Assembly (NCBI GenBank): GCA_047967505.1 | Contig: CM106538.1 | Length of the DNA stretch: 64,000 nt | From: Dipteris shenzhenensis | Taxonomy: Eukaryota | Reading direction: 5' to 3' (one strand) | Part shown: piece after piece, positions 1-9,800 of the stretch | Layout of the letters: each line of letters opens with the position of its first letter | Numbering within the stretch: the first letter of the stretch is position 1 | Notes under the pieces: generated by a model | Databases searched by the model: none | Told to the model about the DNA's origin: nothing | The model's input: only the letters and a program-made list of their open reading frames with translations | Program-made: the position numbers and the translations under genes

Positions 1-2577
1 CAGCGCTTAAGCTTCACAACGGCCAAGCTAAGGATCATGAGGGCCCATGCACAGAGTTTGTTGCCTATGGCATCAAAACTCTAGCCCCCATCCTGGCAAC
101 GCTGTTCAATGAAGCTGTCTGCCACGGGTTCCCCAGAGCCTGGACCCTGAACACTATCACACCCATCCACAAAGCAGGAGATCCCATGGATCCAGGGAAT
201 TACAGGACCATCATGATTGGACATGTTATGTCCAAGATCTATGCATCAGTGTTAGATGGTGAGGTCAATGCTCGCGCAGAGGTACAGGGGCTCAGGGCAT
301 CCGGATAGGCCGGTTTCAGGACGGATCACTCGACTTACGATCACATTTTTACACTTAGAGGGATCATTGAGGAGGCCAAACACAGGAGACAGGGAGTATA
401 TTGTTGCTTTGTGGATTTCCGCAAGGCATTCGACACCGTTTTCCGCGCCCGACTCATCAGACGCCTGCAGGAGTTAGGCTACGACTCGGAGGTTATCAGG
501 GCACTAGTAGCTCTCTATGAGCGGGTGATGGGCCATATTGGCACCAGCTGGACCCTAGAGATCACGAGCACTATCGAAGTCAAACAAGGATGTCCCTTGT
601 CACCGACTCTATTTGGCCTCTACATCGACGAGCTCGAGACCACCATCAGGACACTCGGAGGTGCAGGCTGCTCTCTTGCGGAGGCTGTCATCCAAATTCT
701 CCTATACGCAGACGATGTAGTACTACTATCCTCTTCTGCTACTGGTCTTTAGCGACACCTGGATGGACTTCAGGTCTTCTGTGATACACATGACTTGAAG
801 GTCAACCTTGGGAAAACCAAGGTGATGATCTTCAACACTTCCAGACCCGCTATGCACCGAGAGTAGTTTCTCTTCGCCAGTGACCTTGTTGAGATAGTTG
901 ACTCTTACACATACTTGGGCATTGTCTTCTTAGGCCCGATCTTCACGATGCGCCCGGCCATGTAGGCCAGGATCAGCCGGGGCTACGCTGCTCTTGCCAG
1001 GCTGGAGCGACAGTGCTACCACTCCCACTTCGAGGACCCGCGGACCAAGTCTCTCCTTTTTTATTCTTTGGTCCGCCCGGCAGGCATGTACGGTAGCCCG
1101 TGGTGGGGAGCCGACCTTTCAGACACAGAGTGGGCTCGAGTCGAGCACCTACAGATACTGATGTTTGCTTGGATGATCCGCAGCAAACCATCGGTACCAC
1201 ACCAGATCATTCTGGCAGAGTTCGGCGCCTCACCCCTACAGCTCGATGCGGCTTTCCAGGCTATCACTTATCTACATAGAGTCAGGGATTTCAGCTCCTC
1301 CTCCGACGGTCGCCTCTGCCTACCTTGGCTAGCCCTATCCTCCTCTATGGCCTTATCTGTTGATGGGGACCAGAGATGCTGGTATAGTCGTCTTTCCAGT
1401 TGGTTCACCCGACTGGGCCTCGACTTAGACCGGTTGCCTCCTTTTCAGTACAGCCTCGATGCTCCACCATCTCCCCTCTCCCCCACTGACCAGGAGGTCA
1501 ACCGGCTCATTCGAGCGGATCTGCTCCAGCTTCACACCTGGTGGACATGGTTTCTTCACCCCGAGCTTCCTATGAAGCTCGACTTCTACTGCCGACACTG
1601 CCTCCAGATCTCACAGGAGGGCTTCATCACACCTCCGGGTTACACATACCTTCATCTACCACATGCGCTCCGGATCTCCCTCGGTCAGTTTAGGGTTTCG
1701 TCACACACCGATTACGGATCGAGAGCGGACGCGCAGAGGGTATCCCACGAGAGGGCCGCCTTTGCCCACTTTGCGATTTGCAGGAGATCGAGTCGGAGGA
1801 GCACTTTGCTTTCAGATGTCCTATCTATTATGCCATTCGAGGCCGATACCACTGCCTCTTTCGCGACAGATTCGGCCCCCTCCCACACATGCTGCAGTTC
1901 TCGGATCAGCGATGCCTAGCCGCTTTCTTACATGAGATGACTCGCCACCGAGATACCTCTCTCTGAGCATGGTGACACGCGCAACACACACAGCGTGAGG
2001 ACACCCAACGGCCCATCACTGATTTCTTCCAGTCACAAGATACCTCTCCTCAGTCTAGCCGACGACGCGGATGTGAGCGAGAGCCAGAGCCACGACAGTT
2101 GCGCCAGCGGACAAACTTACACATCCGGGTCCATGACATCTCATCTCTGCTCTCTGCCTGTCCCACCGGGGTTACCGTTGCCCTCATCCACAGGGCCACC
2201 CGCCGCCCCCGACGACCGAGCTCGACTAGGCCGCGTGACGTCAGAGGCCAATCATCTATCGCAGGGTTTTTTCCGGCCTCCCATCTGACGGCCCCTCTAT
2301 GACTGGTGTCTGACGATCACCACCTGCACATATATATTGTATCTCCCCCCTCTGCCCCATTTTTGGTGCCCCCCCCTTCTTTTTTGTATCATCTAGAGGT
2401 AGATACATATTTTTTGTATCAGGACTAGACACACCATCCTTCATAACCTCTTTTTTTGTAGAAACGGTTGGCTGGCCCGTTTTGAGACCGCCACCGCTAT
2501 GCTCATTGTATCAGTTATCTTTAGTCTCATAGACCTTCATGGTCTCCCGAAGACTTTAATAAACTTTCTTTCTTTCT
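1..2577 (+). mobile_element. RTEX-like LINE copy 1 (RT, C-terminal zinc finger, 3' tail); 5' part outside window; decayed
   Basis: [33 protein letters not shown] (YADD at 705-716), C..C..EEH..RC zinc finger, terminal GTCT/AGAC motif and (CTTT)n tail. Contains stops and frameshifts. Confidence 0.88.
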
Positions 2578-2589
2578 GTCTCTCTCTCT

Positions 2590-2905
2590 CCGTACAGGCC
2601 GTCGTACAGTTCTGTAGCCCGTCGTACATCCTCGTATAGCCCGTCGTACATTCTCCGTACAGTTCCTCATAGCTTCTCCTTACAGTCCCGCAACCTCCCC
2701 GTATAGTCCATCGTACATTCTCCATACAGTCCCATACAGTTACTTGTAGCTTCTCCGTATAGCCCATCCTACAGCTCTCATAGTCTATCGTACCCTTTCT
2801 GTACATCCTGTACCACTCTATCGTACCAGCCCTGTACTTTCTCCGTACATCTTTCGCACTCCCTGTACTTTCTCCGAGCAAGCTCCTAGGGTCTCTGTCG
2901 CCACA
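2590..2905. repeat. Degenerate CGTAC-rich short-period array, probably part of an LTR ending ...GCCACA
   Basis: About 9 CGTAC plus CGTAT/CATAC/TGTAC variants in about 300 bp. Confidence 0.6.
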
Positions 2906-2906
2906 A

Positions 2907-5900
2907 TGTAAATATCCTAAGTCAAAGTATAATTGACCATTTATTTGATCGGTTAATTATGGTCAAAAGAGTTGTTCTATTGGTCAAAGAATTGACAACA
3001 GTCAAAGATACTTGACTTCGGTCAAGTAAGCCTGATTTCGATCAAGAAGACTTGGTTTATACCAAGAAGGTTAACTGCGGTTAACCAAGATGTGCCAACT
3101 TCGGTTGGAGAGACTTGACTATAATTAAGGCACCTCGAAGCCCCTTAATCATGATCAAGAGCGTTGACTCCGGTCAACCAGAGAATAAATATATTTATAT
3201 ATTTGTTATGTGTGCACATGTGTTCAGTGGGGATGCCCACCGTAACTAGGATTAGTCCACAGTTAATTATTTTGCATGCAAAGCGCTAACAATTAATGGG
3301 TGCCATGGTGGTGCGCTTTAATTAATTGTTACAAGTACTATGAGAGACTAAAGACCTAAGCAATTTGGAGCGTAGCAAGCATTTTGAAGGCCACCCGCGT
3401 GACTAAGTGCTACGAAGATCCCAGAAATTGCCCTGAGAGGCATGTAATAGGACTTAATTTAGATTTTAGACAAGTGGCATGTTGCCATTTTGGAATGAGC
3501 TTGAAGCTCTTGTAAAGATCGATTCATGTTTTGGATTTTTAGAGAAGCAGCTTTACGCTGAACTGTGTACTCCAATTTTCTCTCTCATGAATAAAAACCT
3601 TTGGGGGGGGTCCAGCCCGATGATTGTCCTGGGCCCTAGTGTATTTGTAGAGAGAGGGAGAGCATTTGAGAGTGTTTTTGCTGTATCGTAAGATTGCACA
3701 AGCAAGAAGGTTGAAAACCAGCGGCACGACGATTTCATTGGTATCAGAGCCAAGGCTCATAGCCTTCTTAGGCTGCGACGATCCAGCAAGAGAATAAAGA
3801 TTCGATGTTGATTTTGAAGAAAGGATGGCGTTGGCCCAAGAGGTGGCAGCTGGAAGGTTTGGGGCTTCAAATCTGACGGGACAGGATTGCTTACTTCGAA
3901 GCCTATGAATGCACGAAAGCCCCTACGTCCAAACTGATCGGTTGTGTAAGGAATTGCCTTACGCATGAGTGTACAAGTAGGCGTCAGTGACCATCGCGGG
4001 GAGCATATTTGATTCCGCATGAAAGGTTTCACTCCGCCTAGAGGCATCTATGCAAGCGCACGTTTGATGGCAAAGGAAACGACGAAGAAGACCTTGATGG
4101 GATGCTTGGCGTGATTCATGATAGAAAAGCCTTCGTTTGGTTCTATGCACCTGTGACACGTGTGTGAAAAGACGAAGAAGATGATTGTGTGGTTAATGGA
4201 GCCGGCGACGCCGATGCAATGACATACGACTTGTCTCGAAGGAGATCTTTGCCAAGGTTTGGGCAGGCTTGCAGATGCTGACGTGGCAAAAAGACATGTG
4301 GCAGATAGCTAGAGCTTGCTGATGTGGCATAGGGCTGACATGGCACATGCATGTACAGTGATGACATGGCAGCCAGCTGGACTCCTGAGATGGCAAACGA
4401 GTGGTTAGACTAACCCTGGTTAGCTGGACTCTGGTTAGAGGTTCAGTTAGTGGGCCAACCAAACCAAACTGGTTGGTGTAAGCTTGGTCTACCCAACTGT
4501 ATTCAGTTACTCTCAGTTACAGACTAACTGGCCTGCTCAACTAACCAGACCAGAGAAAGTCAGTTTGGTTAGTGTAACCAGCCGGTTACCCATCCAGTTA
4601 CTGTCCCAAAAAAAAAAGGGCAGTTGCAGAGACTGTTTCTGCCAACAGTTTTCACCTGCCTGAGAGAGTATTTACTGTCAGAAAAAGCAGAAATCAGAGA
4701 TTTGCAGAAAAAGAATATGCATGCCTTTGAGCAGTGAAAAGAGGGAAAAACAGATGCTTTTTGAAGTCATTTGCAGCAGCCAGAAAAGTGGCACACAGCT
4801 TTGAGTTTATGCCTTTAGTTGACAGCCCGGCACTGGCATAAGTTGTGAATGCAAGACACCTCTTGTTGAGGTAATTTTCTCTTTGAATAGCAAAGGCTGC
4901 GTGCATCAATTGCATACACAGTGTGTGTGAGAAACTTGCAGATCTCAGACAAGTTGTTGGAGAATGGCTCAATCACCTATCCAGTGGGATTCACAAGATA
5001 GGGATGCACATCCAAGACAGAGAAGTGTGCAGCAAACTTAGCAAGAATTTGAGTAGATGGTACGCATTTGTATGCAGGAGATGAAAAAACTCAGAAGGGA
5101 TCTAAGAGCTCAGCATTTGTTTCAAGCAGAAACTATGCCTAATGCAGCTTATGATGTGCCAATGCCAGAGGCGCACTCTCGTGTACAGCCCGAGAGAGAG
5201 GGATCTCATAGGGGACGTTCTCATAGCAAGAAGAGATCGAGGCATCATCACCGATCTCCAAGCCCTTCACTGTCTACCTTAAGCTCAACTTCTGTATCTT
5301 CATCATCAGATAAACCATCCAGGAAAAGAAGGAAACACAAGAAGTCTAGGAAGAGCAAGTCTTCCAAGACCAAGGAATTCAAAGATGGGAGGTAAATCTG
5401 TTAAGTTTATGACCTATAATGGACAATATGGTCATACAGACAAAGCACTGCAGTTCATTAGGCAGTTTGATGCTGCATTCGGTACAAAAAAAATTTTAGA
5501 ATCCTCCAAGATGAGAATGGTCAGTTTGTACTTGACAGCGACAGCTAGTGCATGGTGGAATGTACATACCACAAATGGGTCAGCCCCAAAGAGGTGGAAG
5601 GGCTTCAAGAAAGCCTTCTACGAGCAGTTCATGCCTAAACAGTTCAGAGATCATGTCCTTTAAGATTGGGACAATTTACATATGGATGCAGGGGTTACAA
5701 TGGACATGTACAATCAAAAGTTTTGGGATGCTTATTTGTAGGTTGCACCCTTCCAAAGTATCTCCAAAAGAACCCAAATGAGAAAGTATAGAGCAGGTCT
5801 CAGTTCAAAAATTCAAGCAGTGGTGAATGCTTTGAGGGCAAAGAACATTCAAGACATTATGCATTCAGCTTCAGTAGCTAGTCTTGTGCAGATACAAGAT

Positions 5901-6750
5901 CTAGCCACAGTGCCATCCTTGCATGCAGGAGGTACTGAAAGGAAGAAACCTGATTTTTTAAAATTAGAAAAGAAAGAGTATCCCGAGGTTGAGAAGAAAG
6001 GGTTTCACCCTTAGAAGCCAAGGGGTACTTAGCTTTCAAAGTCATATAAAGGCAAATCCCCATTCACTCCTGAACAGATAGTTGAATTCCGCAGAGATGG
6101 GAAATGCTTTAAATGTGGGAAAGAGGGGCATATGGCTGCCCAATGCCCTGAGAAGCCTTCGGGTTCTAAGGAGTAGAAAAAGCCACAAGTACCACCATCG
6201 AGACCAATGGTGAGAGCAGTCCCAGATGTTTTGGATAGTACCTCAGACCCAAAGGAAAAAGAGCTTTTGCTATCATGGGGAAAGTAAGAGATCAGCAAGC
6301 ATTAATCCTATTTGATCCAGGGTCTACAGACAATTTCATATCCGAAGACTTAGCCCTGAGATTAGGGATCAAAACTGAAGAGCTAGGCAGAGCTCTTGAT
6401 GCTGATCAAATGTTCCAGGGGAATCCAGTGCAAGTTACTCCTTTGATTGGAAAGCTCCGTGTCAATGTGCATAGTTATATAGATCATGAGGACTTCTTAA
6501 TTTCTCCTCTCAAGTAGCATGATGTTGTACTTGGTACACCATGGTTCCATCGAAAGGGAGTAAAGATAGAATACCTTGAGAGGGTGCTGAGTTTTATCCA
6601 TAGAGGAAAAAACCAGCGTTTAGTTGCCAAGAATAAAGGGGAAACTATCCCCATTGTATCTGATGTTACATGTGGTAAAGCAATAAAATGTGCAATTTTC
6701 GTGTACATGGCTTTTGTAAAAGAACAAGGTGAATGATATTCAATCATTCA
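2907..6750 (+). mobile_element. Ty3/gypsy element A, 3'-truncated (LTR, PBS, gag, protease)
   Basis: LTR TGTAA...TTTCA (2907-3737, left edge approximate), PBS TGGTATCAGAGCC (3739-3751, tRNA-iMet), gag with CFKCGKEGHMAAQC knuckle (6105-6146), protease LFDPGSTDNF. Confidence 0.85.
2920..3177. promoter_or_regulatory. W-box (TTGACY) cluster in gypsy A LTR U3
   Basis: 10 TTGACY on either strand, several as TTGAC-N4-GTCAA palindromes at about 20-bp period. Function is inferred. Confidence 0.55.
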
Positions 6751-6835
6751 TAAGACCTGCCCAAGATTAAAAAAGTAAATAAAAAGGAATCCACTGAAAA
6801 TGGTGTGAAGGAAGAGGAGATAAAGGGGGGAGGGA

Positions 6836-9800
6836 GAAAGAAAGAAGGAAAGAAAGAAAGAAAGAAAGTTTATTAAAGTCTTCAGAAGACCGATGGGTCT
6901 ATGAGACTGTAAAAATCATGATACAATGAGCTGTGGTAGTGGAGCTACTAAACGAGCATCCATACCAATGCAAAACACAAAATGCAAAAAATGCAAAAAT
7001 GCAGAATGGCAGTACTAAGTCCCAAGTACAGCATAGTCATGTCGATGGTCGACTATATATCAATCTCAACATCGTCATCAATATCATCATCATCCCCAGC
7101 AACAGCAAGATATCAGGATGGATGAGGCAGTGGAGGCATGAAGTTGGCAATAGAGTGTTGTCGGCCACTCACAGGTGCAGTCCTGGCACATCTCGTGGTC
7201 ATAGCTCTGCGTCTAACAAGGGCTATCGTGACCCCCGTCGGTCGGGCTTTGACTCTAAACAAGGAGGGGATGTCTCCAAGTGTGATCTGTGTGACGACCC
7301 TCTGTCTGAGCTATCGAGTCACGGGCTCCGGGTCACGGTCATGTCGAGGCCTCATCTCGTTGGTGTCCATGTGATCTAGCTGAAAGAACTCCATGATAGA
7401 GCTCTGAGAGGGATCAACCGAGGAAGAAGTCTGCTCCTGTCTCTGTGCTCGGAGTATCCTCTCGCGGTGTCTAAGTGCCTCATGAATGAAACCTGCCAAA
7501 CACCGCTGGTCTGGGTAGGAGAGGAAACGGGCTAAAATCCCATAACTGATCTCCTGCTGCTGCAAGTGCCATAGAAGAGGATAGAGCTATCCATGGTAGC
7601 CTGCTACGCCCCGAGGTATAATCCCCATATTCCCTAACTCGGTACAGATATGTGATGACTTGAAATGCAACATCTAAATGTAAAGAGGGTGACCCAAACT
7701 CAGCCTTAATGATCTGCTGAGGAACGGATGACTTACCACGAATCATCCGTGATAACATGAGAACTTGTAGCCGCTCCACACGGGCCCACTCTGTCTCCGA
7801 CAAGTTTGGCCCCCAACAAGGGCTGCCGTACATCCCCGTTGGGCGAGCGAAGGAGTCAAAAAGCAACCCCTTGGTGCGTGGATCTTGAAAGTGTGAGCGG
7901 AAGCACTACTTCTCTAGCCTGGTCAATGAGGCATACCCTCTACTCAAGCATGCCTGCATCGCGGGTCTCATAGTGAAGCTCGGTCCGGAGATGATAACCC
8001 CAAGATAAGTGTATGATGAAACTATCTCAATAGATGACTCCGCAAATGTGAACTACTCCTGACGCATGATGGCTCGAGATGTATTGAAGATCATGACCTT
8101 GGTTTTACCCAGGTTGACCTTCAAATCATGAGACTCACAAAAGGACTGTAGTGCGTCTAGGTGTCTCTGAAGCCCCTCTGCTGAGGAAGACAAGAGAGCC
8201 ACGTCATCTGCATAGAGCAAAATCTGGATCAGCGTGCCCGCAAGAGAGCAACCTACACCCCCCTGTGTCTGCATCACTGTCTCAAGGTCGTCAATGTAGA
8301 GGCCAAACAAGGTAGACGACAAACGACACCCTTGCTTGACCCCGATGGTTACTCATGATCTCGTCTGTCCACCTGGATCCTGCTCGAACTCTACCAAAAA
8401 CTCTCTCGTAAAGTGCCATGACAGCCCAAATGATCTCCTTGTCATAACCCAAGTCCTGTAGGCGCCGTATCAGGCGGGCTCTCGGGACCGTGTCAAATGC
8501 CTTGCGCAAATCCACAAAGCAACAATAAACCCTCTGCTTCCATGACCTCGCCTTCTCGATGATACATCTGAGCGTGAGAATGTGGTCCATGGTTCCATGA
8601 TCACGCCGGAATACGGCCTCTGTCCTGCTGCTCTAAGTCGTCGACACTCTGCAAGTCTGCTAGCCTTGGAGTCAAGTACTGATGCATAAATCTTGGACAT
8701 GACATGTCTACTCATAATGGTCCTGTAGTTCTCCGGGCTCATGGGATCCCCTGCCTTGTGGATGGGTGAGATAGCGTTAATGGTCCAAGTGTGTGGAAAT
8801 CCCAAACAAACTGCTTCCTTAAAAAGCTTTGCTAAGATCGGGGCTAGGAGGTTAATCCCATATACAATGAACTCAGTGCATAGCTCCTCATGATCCTTCG
8901 CTCGGCCATTATGAAGTTTCATTACGGCATCCTTTACCCCTCCTCTAGTGAAAAGGGTGCAGGATGTGGGACGAGGCATGTGTGAGAGATTAGGGACTGG
9001 CTGCTTTGGGATGTCATAAAGTGTGCGTGCATAATCAAACTAGATCTAGGTGTCAGTGAGTGGCAGAGGGGACCGTCCTTCTAGAAATCTCCACCAGAAG
9101 AGTTGTTACTAAACAAAATGTTTAGTAGCTCCTCCTCGTTTCGACGAACGAAGTCTAGTTTCTTCCTCCGTACCAGTCTACGGTATTCACGTAGCGTATC
9201 TGGTGCGCTTGGAAGACTATTTTTGGTTTCGAATCTGAGTTGACAGTGTAAGGCCTTACACTCATCATCGTATCAACTATTACAGGGGACAGTTCCAGGG
9301 GGTGGTGGGCGGGTGGAGCGGGTGGTGTGGGAAAAGCGTGAATGGCAACCTCGTGTAGTGAGCGGGTGACAAGGGCAGCACGATTCTCTAAAAGGGGTAT
9401 GAAGTCAATATAAGCGAGAAGTATGTACAGACGGCCAGAGTAAGAAGGTGAGTGATCTCGATCAAAGCGTATATCGTGGTAGGTGGAGTAAGCACTGAGT
9501 GGGGTGGAAGATGCTGTGCGAAGGGAGGTGGAGATGCGAAAGAAAAGGTATGTATGATCAGCCCATGGGGGGAGAGGTGCTACAGTGAAGTCAGTAATGC
9601 GAGATGTGAAGACAGGGGATCCCATGATGTAATCAACAACACTAGAGCTCCCCCCATGTGGAAAGCATGTGAAACCACTTGAAGCGGGCCATCTGTCAAG
9701 ATCATTATAGATAATGAGATCATGTATCCTGCCTAGGTCTAATAGGGCCTGCCCATAAGATGAGAATGGACCTCGCCTGTCAGCCGAAACCCGTAGCATA

